A DNA stretch of 64,000 bases from Candidatus Cloacimonadales bacterium. Lineage in GTDB: Bacteria; Cloacimonadota; Cloacimonadia; Cloacimonadales; JAIOQZ01. The DNA lies in assembly GCA_963662655.2 (NCBI GenBank), contig CAXXTU010000002.1, positions 2,592,001-2,656,000 of the forward strand, in the 5' to 3' direction. The notes below the pieces were generated by a model, which saw only the letters and a list, made by a program, of their open reading frames with translations, did no database searches and was not told the DNA's origin. Shown here in pieces: positions 30,225-38,847 of this stretch; the stretch's first letter is position 1, and the number at the start of each line of letters is the position of its first letter. Both the position numbers and the translations under genes were made by a program.

Positions 30225-31241
30225 CTATTCAACCTTCCCAAGCGGCATGACGTAAAGCGGCTCTTCTTCCCGAGTCATTCCCGTCAGGATTTGCAGCTTG
30301 AGATCGTCGAAGGCTCCGATCGCGACAGTGCCCATCCCCATCGATTGCACTTGCAGATACACGTTTTCCGCCGAATGTCCCAGGTCCATCGGCACGTAAC
30401 GTGAACGGCCACGCCGACCGTACACCGAGGTGGTGCGCTCAAACACGGCAGACCAGATAATCGAGGCCGGCGCATCCGTTACCCAGTTCTGATCGTAGCA
30501 GGCTTCACCCAATTCATTGTGAAAATCACCCTCTTTATGCGGGTACAGCTTGTGCCCATTCGGTTCATAGATGTAAATGCCCGGATCGAGTCCCTGCACG
30601 TTCCAGGCCGCCAGATAAATCTCCAGCGGGTACAAACCACCGGCGGATGGGGCGGTTTTCAATCCGCCGCGAAGCTTTTCGGGAGCCACTTCTTTCGTGA
30701 CGCCATAAGCAGCCCAGAGCAGTTGAGAAACTTCGTTCATGGTTAACGACTCGCCAGTAAATTTCCGTATCGACCTGCGCTTCATTAGCGCTTCTTCGAT
30801 TGAGATATCGCTTGTAAACGAAGGCTTCGGCAGCGAGATTGGATTCTGCAACTCGTGAGATTGCGGGAGTTCGTTAATCAATTTCTCACGGCTGTCGTTG
30901 ATCTTCGCCATGATCCTTTTCCACTCCGGGTCGTTACGAAGCGATTCCAGGTCGGAGTCCTCGTTTGGCCAGTCGATGTCCAGCCACCCGAGCTCGACGC
31001 ATCGGTTCAGATGCTTGAATGCCTTCTCTCTGTCGCCGGAGAGCGCATAACAGCAAGCGGCACCATACGCGATGTCCGCTGGGGCATCGTCCCTCAAGAC
31101 GCACGAGGCATAGATATCAGCGGCCTCCCTGTAGTGGCCTTCTTCATAGAGCTGATCGGCCTTTTCCAGGAGGGTTTCGGTATCGGATGACACGAGTAGA
31201 CCTGCCGTAGCTAAAAAAAAGAGTGTGATGATGTATATCAT
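30225..31241 (-). CDS. SagB/ThcOx-type nitroreductase-family protein with signal peptide and TPR-like N-terminal domain
   Basis: Motifs RRSIRKF, TAPSAGGLYPLEIY, DLGHSAENVYL and IGAFDD; TPR-like segment YGAACCYALSGDREKAF. Confidence 0.88.
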   Translation of the reverse strand: MIYIITLFFLATAGLLVSSDTETLLEKADQLYEEGHYREAADIYASCVLRDDAPADIAYGAACCYALSGDREKAFKHLNRCVELGWLDIDWPNEDSDLESLRNDPEWKRIMAKINDSREKLINELPQSHELQNPISLPKPSFTSDISIEEALMKRRSIRKFTGESLTMNEVSQLLWAAYGVTKEVAPEKLRGGLKTAPSAGGLYPLEIYLAAWNVQGLDPGIYIYEPNGHKLYPHKEGDFHNELGEACYDQNWVTDAPASIIWSAVFERTTSVYGRRGRSRYVPMDLGHSAENVYLQVQSMGMGTVAIGAFDDLKLQILTGMTREEEPLYVMPLGKVE

Positions 31242-31453
31242 GAATACCTCCAGCCTGTTGTTTCAATGTAATCAAACTTCCGGTGAAATGACTAATCTAT
31301 GTTGAGCATGATGATTGTGTCAAGCTATTCAGCAGAAGCTGCAAAGGCCTCGAATAGAGGAAAAGAGTTTGACCTGCATCGAGATCATCTGTTTGATGGC
31401 GAAGAGTTCTCTAACATCAATTATACGATTCAATATGGAAACAAGGAGAGAAT

Positions 31454-32029
31454 GTGACAGGAGACCGATTGGAGAACGACGGTATCGAGATCGTGCGCAT
31501 GTACGATGATGAGCGAATGATGAAGCAGTACTATCTCTGGCAGCTTGACGAGGAGTACAAAGACCGTTTCTGCTACACGCCGGTTAGCAATGGGAAATAC
31601 GAGTTCACGGAAGAAGGATGGGAAGCTTTTCGGAAGTCGATGATGAAATCGCTGAAGACCCATCGCGTGATTTATATGCTGTACAATCGCAAGAACGACA
31701 TCTATTTGGGCTGGGCGTGCCTCGCCGATTACAATCCACGTAATAAGTGCGCGGAGATCAGCTACTTCCTTCCCGTCGGAAACAGAGGAAAGGGCTATGG
31801 GAGCATGCTTGTAGAGCGTCTGTTGAGAATTGCCTTCTCCGGGGACTTCTTCTGGAAGTTGCATAAAATCTTTGCGGAGACGGGATCGTACAACACGGCC
31901 TCTATTCGCTTGCTGGAGAAGAATGGATTTCAACTGGACGGGCGTATCAGAGACCATTACTGGCTCGACGGAGAGATGTACGACCAACTGGTCTTCACGT
32001 TGCTTGAATCGGAATTTCACGCGAAATGA
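31454..32029 (+). CDS. GNAT N-acetyltransferase, RimJ/RimL-like
   Basis: Motifs RGKGYG and NTASIRLLEKNGFQLDGRIRDH. Confidence 0.85.
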   Translation: MTGDRLENDGIEIVRMYDDERMMKQYYLWQLDEEYKDRFCYTPVSNGKYEFTEEGWEAFRKSMMKSLKTHRVIYMLYNRKNDIYLGWACLADYNPRNKCAEISYFLPVGNRGKGYGSMLVERLLRIAFSGDFFWKLHKIFAETGSYNTASIRLLEKNGFQLDGRIRDHYWLDGEMYDQLVFTLLESEFHAK

Positions 32030-32060
32030 TGAATCGCTCACATTCGGTCGGGAGTAAGAA

Positions 32061-32726
32061 ATGAACATCGATTACCATGCCCACGAACAGCAATATCGCA
32101 AACTGAGGCTGAAGAGCGATCGAACCGGCTGGGGAAGCGCCCGGGAGAAGCGGGAGCAGATCGAACTCTTCAGCGAAATCCTCCACGATATCAACTTACC
32201 CCAAAACGCCCAAGTCCTCGAACTGGGTTGCGGAGCGGCAGAGCTGGCAATACACTACGCTCGTTCGGGGTATCGCATAAGCGGTATCGACATTTCGCAG
32301 ACGGCCATCGAATGGGGACGCCAGAATGCGGCCCGTGCAGGGGTAAGCATCGATTTGCATTGCGGCGACGTCCGCACCCTGCCTTTCACCGACAACTCCA
32401 TCGATCTAGCGCTCGATGCGTGTCTCCTGCATTGCATCATAGGAGAGGACCGGACCAAAACGCTCCAAGAGGTGCACCGGGTTCTCAAATCGGGTGGATT
32501 TCTTGCCGGCATCACCATGTGCGGCCCAATACAAGACGTTCTCCGTCAGCAGTTCGATGTCGTTGACGACTGCCTTTGCATGAATGGCCAGGCGATGCGC
32601 TACATCGGAGACAGCGATGCAATTCTGGCAGAACTTGAGGCGGCTGGCTTCAGCCTCATCCATCACAATCTGCTCGAAGTGGAAGCCAACGGGACGTTGG
32701 TATATCTGGTTAGGAAAAAGGGATAA
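32061..32726 (+). CDS. Class I SAM-dependent methyltransferase
   Basis: Motifs VLELGCGAA, GIDIS, GDVRTLPF and HRVLKSGG. Confidence 0.9.
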   Translation: MNIDYHAHEQQYRKLRLKSDRTGWGSAREKREQIELFSEILHDINLPQNAQVLELGCGAAELAIHYARSGYRISGIDISQTAIEWGRQNAARAGVSIDLHCGDVRTLPFTDNSIDLALDACLLHCIIGEDRTKTLQEVHRVLKSGGFLAGITMCGPIQDVLRQQFDVVDDCLCMNGQAMRYIGDSDAILAELEAAGFSLIHHNLLEVEANGTLVYLVRKKG

Positions 32727-32736
32727 GGAATATTAC

Positions 32737-33135
32737 ATGAATCACTACGAAAAGGAAATAATCGTTACCCCCGACGATATTGACGAGCAAAACCACGTCA
32801 ACAACGTTCGCTATCTGCAATGGATACAGGATGTGTCGAAGGAGCATTGGTGCGGCGTTCTCAGTAAGGAACTCTCACGCGAATATGCCTGGGTTGTAAA
32901 AAGCCACCACATCGACTACAAGCGCCCCGCCTTTCTCAGCGAAAAGCTCAAAGCCATCACCTGGATCGAGAAGTTCGAAGGGTTCCTCAGCTATCGCGCG
33001 GTCGAGATACGTAGCGCCGAGACAGGCAAACTGCACGTGAAATCGATGACCCAGTGGTGCCTTTACGATTTCGAGACGCAGAAACCGATGCGCATCCCCC
33101 AGGAGATGATCGACCTTCTCGATAGAATGAATTGA
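32737..33135 (+). CDS. Acyl-CoA thioesterase (4HBT hot-dog fold)
   Basis: Motifs DIDEQNHVNNVRYLQW and IDYKRPA; start at the ATG at 32737 after AAGGA. Confidence 0.88.
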   Translation: MNHYEKEIIVTPDDIDEQNHVNNVRYLQWIQDVSKEHWCGVLSKELSREYAWVVKSHHIDYKRPAFLSEKLKAITWIEKFEGFLSYRAVEIRSAETGKLHVKSMTQWCLYDFETQKPMRIPQEMIDLLDRMN

Positions 33136-33151
33136 ACACAGCTTCGATAAC

Positions 33152-33279
33152 GTTCGCGGCATCTTCGCCCGATCTGTCGCTCCATCGTGGATATAACACG
33201 TCAAGTGACTATCGAGCGAGATGATTAGACGTGTAACACCACGCCTTCGCGACAGATCGAACGAATCTGCTCACGAACT
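33152..33279 (-). repeat. Dispersed hairpin element, family H copy C
   Basis: ggcatcttcgcccgatctgtcgc...cgtggatataacacg...cgtgtaacaccacg...gcgacagatcgaacgaatctgc. Confidence 0.85.
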
Positions 33280-33369
33280 TTCCACGAACGGATTTCCATA
33301 TTCAACTTTTATTTAATAATTCTTGACTTTGAACTACCCGAGTACTGTTCTCTGGTTATGGAGGACGCA

Positions 33370-35520
33370 ATGCAACAGAAATTCATCTTGTTAGCGCTCA
33401 TTCAGATCATTGTGATTTCTCTATGGAGCGAGTGCTCGAAAATCGGTGAGTACGAATTTGATGCTGAACCTTGGGCGATAACGGTACACAACGATATTGC
33501 CTACGTTGCGTGCAGCACAAATGGATTGCTGATACTCGACGTCTCCGATCCGACCAGCCCCGAGCTTCTTTGCAACTATTCAACTGGCATCGTAGATCAA
33601 TATTGCTTCGACGTGCTGGTTGAGGGAAACTATGCCTTCATCGCGGGTAGAGCGATCGACCTGATTGTGCTCGCCATCTCCGATCCGGCCAATCCGGTAG
33701 AGGTTGCGCAATTGGATACCCCTGGAGACGCCTACGACATGGTGTTGGAGAATGGGATTCTATACTTGCCATCGTATGGTTATGGCATGCAGATTCTGGA
33801 TGTTTCGGATCCGACTTCACCGCAGCTCCTCAGTATGTACCATTCTCAATCCGATACGCCATGCCGGATATCCCTATCGGATCAATACCTCTACTTGGTT
33901 TCTTCATGGCTTGAAGCGGAGGTCATTGACGTTTCCGATGTGACTTCGCCGGAATTCGTCGGGGTATTCGGGTGGGGCGATCCGGCACCATTCGCCGACA
34001 TTGCAGCCAGTGGCGGGATTGTTTGCGCGACGGGCTACTTCTACGGGGTCAGGATTTTTGATGCGTCGGATCCCGCAGATGTGGAGGAGGTGGGATTCTA
34101 CGATGTGGCTTCGGAGTGTAACAACCTTTACCTCGAGGATGGCCTATTGATCCTTGCAACGCAATTCAACGGATTGATTTTCGCGGATGTCTCGGATCCG
34201 ACCAATCCACAAACAATCAACATGATCGATATGCGAGGGGCTGCCGAGGACGTGTTCATTGGCGACGGCAAGGCATACGTTGTCGCCAATGGATTCGGCT
34301 TGCAGGTGTTCGGTGTAGAGGATTACGAGAATCATGATATCGTTGGGAAAATCAACACACGTTACAACGCTACGGATGTAATCGTCACGGGCGATGTTGC
34401 TTATATTGCCCTGGACGATTACGGGATATGCTCGGTCGATGTGTCCGATCCGGTGAACCCAAGTGTTCTCGAACTGGAGCATTACACGCGTTGCACCGAC
34501 CTGATCGAAAAGGATGGGATTATCTATATCACTACGATCGGCTCCGTGCGATTGATCGATGGTGTCGATCCGCACGACTTGCATGCCTTCAGTATATGCT
34601 ATACGCCAGGTCACGCGTTGGACATGGATTTTTCGGGCAACTACATCTTCGTGGCCGATGGCGAGGAGGGGTTGCAGGTCGTTGACGTCGGAGACATTGA
34701 GGAACCAGCGATCATCGGTTCGTGCGATACGCCGGATTCGGCAAGGTGTATAGAGGTGTCGAACGGATACGCTTATATTGCGGATCATTCTTCCGGCTTG
34801 CAGATCGTGGATGTTGGTGATCCCGAAAATCCCCTGTTGATCGGCTCTTGCGATACGCCCGGGACCGCGCAATCGCTCGCTGTGTGGGCGAATGCCGCAT
34901 ATGTTGCGGACGGAAACGGCGGTTTGCAGATCATCGATGTGTCGGATCCTGAAAATCCGGCGCTGCGCTCCACGATATCGAACCACGAGACGAGTGATAT
35001 CGCTTGTTGCTACAACAAAGGCGACAGGCTGTACGTTTCCGATATCAACTGGAATGAAATCCTGATATTCAATATCGCTAGTCCACTGCATCCCGTCCTG
35101 ATAGATTCTTATGCCTGGGAATACAGGGTGAACGACTTTTACGTGAGTGGTTCGTGCCTCTATACCGCAAACGGCAGCTATCACGGAATGGCAATCCTCG
35201 ATCTGGAAGCCATACCCAACGACGATCCGCAGACGGTAGCTCCTATCGAGAACAACCTTGCCAACCACCCCAACCCATTCAATCCCACTACGACCATCTC
35301 GTTCTCGATCGCGGAGGATGCCGCGGTGAGGCTGGAGATTTTCAACATCCGGGGGCAGCTCGTGAAAACGATGGTGGAAGAGCGTCTCGAAGCCGGAATC
35401 CATGAGGCTGTGTGGAATGGTAAAGACACGCAGAACTTGAGTGTCGCATCGGGCATTTACTTCTGCCGCCTGAAATCGGGCTCGAAGGATGTGACGAAGA
35501 AAATGGTACTGCTGAAATAG
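33370..35520 (+). CDS. Secreted LVIVD-repeat beta-propeller protein with CTD
   Basis: Many repeats of the form AYVADGxxGLQIIDVSDPxNP; NHPNPFNP CTD; start at MQQKF after a GGAGG RBS. Confidence 0.88.
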   Translation: MQQKFILLALIQIIVISLWSECSKIGEYEFDAEPWAITVHNDIAYVACSTNGLLILDVSDPTSPELLCNYSTGIVDQYCFDVLVEGNYAFIAGRAIDLIVLAISDPANPVEVAQLDTPGDAYDMVLENGILYLPSYGYGMQILDVSDPTSPQLLSMYHSQSDTPCRISLSDQYLYLVSSWLEAEVIDVSDVTSPEFVGVFGWGDPAPFADIAASGGIVCATGYFYGVRIFDASDPADVEEVGFYDVASECNNLYLEDGLLILATQFNGLIFADVSDPTNPQTINMIDMRGAAEDVFIGDGKAYVVANGFGLQVFGVEDYENHDIVGKINTRYNATDVIVTGDVAYIALDDYGICSVDVSDPVNPSVLELEHYTRCTDLIEKDGIIYITTIGSVRLIDGVDPHDLHAFSICYTPGHALDMDFSGNYIFVADGEEGLQVVDVGDIEEPAIIGSCDTPDSARCIEVSNGYAYIADHSSGLQIVDVGDPENPLLIGSCDTPGTAQSLAVWANAAYVADGNGGLQIIDVSDPENPALRSTISNHETSDIACCYNKGDRLYVSDINWNEILIFNIASPLHPVLIDSYAWEYRVNDFYVSGSCLYTANGSYHGMAILDLEAIPNDDPQTVAPIENNLANHPNPFNPTTTISFSIAEDAAVRLEIFNIRGQLVKTMVEERLEAGIHEAVWNGKDTQNLSVASGIYFCRLKSGSKDVTKKMVLLK

Positions 35521-35528
35521 GAGGCATC

Positions 35529-37088
35529 ATGGTACGCTCTATTCACGTGTGGATTATTGTCCTTATCTCGCTATTGTTTCTACCTATTCTTCTTGCTGCC
35601 GAAACCCAATACGAAATAACGCTGGTTGATTCCGTTATCATCCCATATTCTTATGAATATGTACAGGTTACACAGGATTCATTGCTTCGGTTCTGGGATT
35701 TGGAGATTGAAACCGAATCCATCACCGTAAACACATTTACGCTCGATCGGCAAGGAAACCTCACAACTCCGGCACAAGTTCTATCCACGCCGAATGAACA
35801 CGGGTATGAAACTCCATTGTCGTTTTATTCTCAGTTCTACGAGAGTGAAGACCGTATCTGTGTTGGATGCAATAATGACAGCTTTCTAACGCTTCATGTT
35901 TTTGAGAATGACGCATATCAATACGAAAGAGAGTATCAGCTTGAGTTTCAAATCGATGAATTCCAAAGAAGAGCCCATACCTTATTGTGGGACACAAATA
36001 CGTTTCTTATTGCCCTGGATCAAGCTGTAATACGCTGCAACCTCGACGAAAATGTGGCTGATACCCTTATAACATTTGAAGATGACTGGCCAATTGATAT
36101 ACCTACACACCTGTATCCCTTAGGTGACCAGTACTTGATCATCTCTCGAAATTGGGATGAATGGTATTTATTGAATACATACTTCGATTTGATTCAAGAG
36201 ATTGACACATATGATCAATTTGAGTTCGAAGGTAACACCTTTGAAACTGCCTATCCCGCAATTGAAATATCTGGTGGATACGTCGTAAGTTATATAAATT
36301 TAGCCTTTACTGATTTGATGGCATATTTTTGGGTTGAGAACAATGCTCTGCATATTGGATATGGTGTTGGGACTGAAATGGATTCTTATCCTCATTTTGC
36401 CAATCCCGTCTCACTCAATGATTCGATTTTCTTTTTCACGGATTTAGGTGGACCGTTTGTGGTTATTGGCGAATATACCGATAACGACATCGGATATTAC
36501 GGCGGGGGTATTGCTATCTCATACGGTTGCACGGTGGCGAAAATGGATTCCTACTTGGCGATTCTGCGTCAGATGGACGATCTGCATCGTGTCCGAATCT
36601 ATGACGATACTTTCCCCGAGTACCATGAAGAAGAGTTCTCCGTACCGGCGCCGTCAGATCCGGAATATCACCCAAGCAGGTGGTATAATTATATGATGCA
36701 GCCTTATGTGTTCTTTGAGAGGAGATATCGTTCAACAGTAGGAGAAACTTCAAGGATTTACATCTATCATATCGACACCTATGAACCAACTTCGGGCCAG
36801 ACAATACCGAAACCGGAATTAACACTTTCCTGTTATCCCAACCCGTTCAATCCCACTACGACCATCACGTTTTCGATCGCGGAGGATGCCGCGGTGAGGT
36901 TGGAGATTTTCAACATCCGGGGGCAGCTCGTAAATACGCTGGTGGACGAGCCCATGCACAGAGGTGAGCACAGCGTTCTCTGGCAAGGCGATGACGATGC
37001 CGGAAAGCCTGTTTCCAGCGGTGTTTACCTGTACAGGGTGGCATCAGGAGATTTGACCAGGACACAGAAGATGATATTGATGAAATAG
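35529..37088 (+). CDS. Secreted hypothetical protein with CTD
   Basis: Signal peptide, unrecognised AT-rich body, CYPNPFNP...QKMILMK CTD. Confidence 0.8.
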   Translation: MVRSIHVWIIVLISLLFLPILLAAETQYEITLVDSVIIPYSYEYVQVTQDSLLRFWDLEIETESITVNTFTLDRQGNLTTPAQVLSTPNEHGYETPLSFYSQFYESEDRICVGCNNDSFLTLHVFENDAYQYEREYQLEFQIDEFQRRAHTLLWDTNTFLIALDQAVIRCNLDENVADTLITFEDDWPIDIPTHLYPLGDQYLIISRNWDEWYLLNTYFDLIQEIDTYDQFEFEGNTFETAYPAIEISGGYVVSYINLAFTDLMAYFWVENNALHIGYGVGTEMDSYPHFANPVSLNDSIFFFTDLGGPFVVIGEYTDNDIGYYGGGIAISYGCTVAKMDSYLAILRQMDDLHRVRIYDDTFPEYHEEEFSVPAPSDPEYHPSRWYNYMMQPYVFFERRYRSTVGETSRIYIYHIDTYEPTSGQTIPKPELTLSCYPNPFNPTTTITFSIAEDAAVRLEIFNIRGQLVNTLVDEPMHRGEHSVLWQGDDDAGKPVSSGVYLYRVASGDLTRTQKMILMK

Positions 37089-37189
37089 CTCAATACCTGT
37101 TTCTCAATGAATCTGAAGATGCATGCTCGTCCTCAGCTTTTTCCTTTTTTTGGGCCTCACCGATAACCCGCGAGTTGCTCACCAACCCA

Positions 37190-37375
37190 GCACGGCGGGA
37201 CGGCGCGTGCGCTGCGCGCACTTACAGGTTTTATATCGCTGACTATTCAGTAAGCGATACAAAATCCTGAGGAAGCCCTTGAATAAAACACAGCAACGTG
37301 CGATGGAAGCCGGATGAAATTCGGCTGACGTGGATGTTGGTGTGTTGAAAGGGCTTCCGCGCCGTCCCGCCGTGC
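37190..37375. repeat. Four-way-junction palindromic element, family J copy 2
   Basis: Perfect 17-bp outer stem 37190-37206/37359-37375 encloses gtgcgc-tgc-gcgcac, a 37225-37269 hairpin and ggaagccctt...aagggcttcc. Confidence 0.75.
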
Positions 37376-37395
37376 GGTCGGTTCGCAAAAAAAAA

Positions 37396-38742
37396 GGCAC
37401 TGTTGCATATTAAGTGGGTGAATGGGTATTCAGATATCCGCAACATTGCAGAACCTTCAATCTGAAGTATGAGAAGTCCTTGTATCCATACGCTCTCTTT
37501 ATAATGGTTCGAATGACGTTGTTAACCGCTTCTGCCTTGGCATTCGTGATTCTATGCTTGAACCAGCTCAACACAATATGCAATCTCTTCATAATCGTTC
37601 TTGCAAGTGCCTTCAGTGGCTCGAAGACGGTTTTCTGAATAACTCTGCACCACTCTTCAATCATCGGCTTCGCTTCTTCTTGCGTAATATCGTCTTCGAA
37701 AATCGATAGTAAATCTTCTTTGAGCAAATAGGCTTCGTAAAGGGGATGATTTAGCGTCTCCAGTTTCTTGAGTCGGGCTTGATGGTTTTCTTTGTGATTG
37801 TGTTTTCTGGTCAAAACCAACCACCGGTCGTGTTTCTTGCTCTGACGCAACTTGTCAGATTCAAAATCTCTCTGAAGTTCTCGTCGTACTTCTTCCACTT
37901 TTCTGTTGACCAGGCGGCTGAAATGGAAACGATCAAATACGATCATATCGGCACTCCAACACTCGGAAACAGCGCCGATATATGAACCACTGAAATCCAT
38001 TGTTACGGTATCAATCCAGCGGAGTCGTCGTTCGTATTTTCGAAACAACTCCTTCGCACTTTCTTTCGATTTGCCCATTGTCAGGTCGATCACACGCCCG
38101 TCCTCATGGTTTGTGATAACCGTTGCATACTTATGCCTTCGCTTATAACCAATCTCGTCAATTGCAATCTGATCGACATTCGGAACTCGTCCTCTATAAC
38201 CCTTTTCCAACTTGGATAACTCAATTTTGTCGATTCGATAAATCGTACTCCGATCCACACCGAATATCCGTGCTACAGAAGCATTGTCTGAACGAAGCGT
38301 GAACTGGAGAACCTTATTGCCGAAGTCTTTAGAGTGTCGATTGAGACCCTCGGCAATATCCTGTTGTTCAGTTTTCACTCCACACTGAGCGCAGTTGATC
38401 CGGCGAAGCGTCAGCACAAGTACTACGGGACGACAGGATATGGATGCATGAAGAATTTTGCGGACTCGATGATCATAAACTGTTCCCACAATACCGCATG
38501 TAGGACAACGTGGCTCATCTTCCTTTCGAACATGGACTTCAATGCATGGATAAGTTTGATACGTACCTTCGATTATCTGGTCGGCAGAATAACCTTGCAA
38601 AGCCAACAACGTTTTACAGACTTGTTTTCTGAGAGGATCATTCATCTCTATCTCCTTGTTGTGGTGATTAGGAGATTGTACGAGATCGGGTGATTCCTCT
38701 CTATCTTTTTTCCGACTTACCCACTAAGTTTGCAACAGTGCC
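37396..38742 (-). mobile_element. ISL3-family insertion sequence, 1347 bp
   Basis: Terminal IRs ggcactgttgcatattaagtgggt and acccactaagtttgcaacagtgcc (GG ends); single transposase whose stop codon lies inside the IR; lower GC than the flanks. Confidence 0.92.
37410..38645 (-). CDS. ISL3-family transposase
   Basis: CPTCG and CAQCG zinc finger; IAIDE, VTMDFS, IVFDRFH, TNAKAEAVNNVI and KRAYGY. Confidence 0.93.
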   Translation of the reverse strand: MNDPLRKQVCKTLLALQGYSADQIIEGTYQTYPCIEVHVRKEDEPRCPTCGIVGTVYDHRVRKILHASISCRPVVLVLTLRRINCAQCGVKTEQQDIAEGLNRHSKDFGNKVLQFTLRSDNASVARIFGVDRSTIYRIDKIELSKLEKGYRGRVPNVDQIAIDEIGYKRRHKYATVITNHEDGRVIDLTMGKSKESAKELFRKYERRLRWIDTVTMDFSGSYIGAVSECWSADMIVFDRFHFSRLVNRKVEEVRRELQRDFESDKLRQSKKHDRWLVLTRKHNHKENHQARLKKLETLNHPLYEAYLLKEDLLSIFEDDITQEEAKPMIEEWCRVIQKTVFEPLKALARTIMKRLHIVLSWFKHRITNAKAEAVNNVIRTIIKRAYGYKDFSYFRLKVLQCCGYLNTHSPT

Positions 38743-38847
38743 TAATTTTATGCATGATTGTATCCTGTCTGGCATTTTTGCGAATTAATGGGAATGTTGG
38801 AATGAATGTCAATAAGAATTAATCGCGCCTAATGAGAATGTATTGCT

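Noticed and set aside
33186..33200. TATATCC as an RP4/T-DNA-type nick site
   Set aside because: The consensus needs YATCCTG, whereas these copies read TATATCCACG or TATATCCCCG; no relaxase gene is in the window.
35269..36931. DGR template/variable repeat pair
   Set aside because: Mismatches are not adenine-specific (two are C/T), both copies are coding, and there is no reverse transcriptase.
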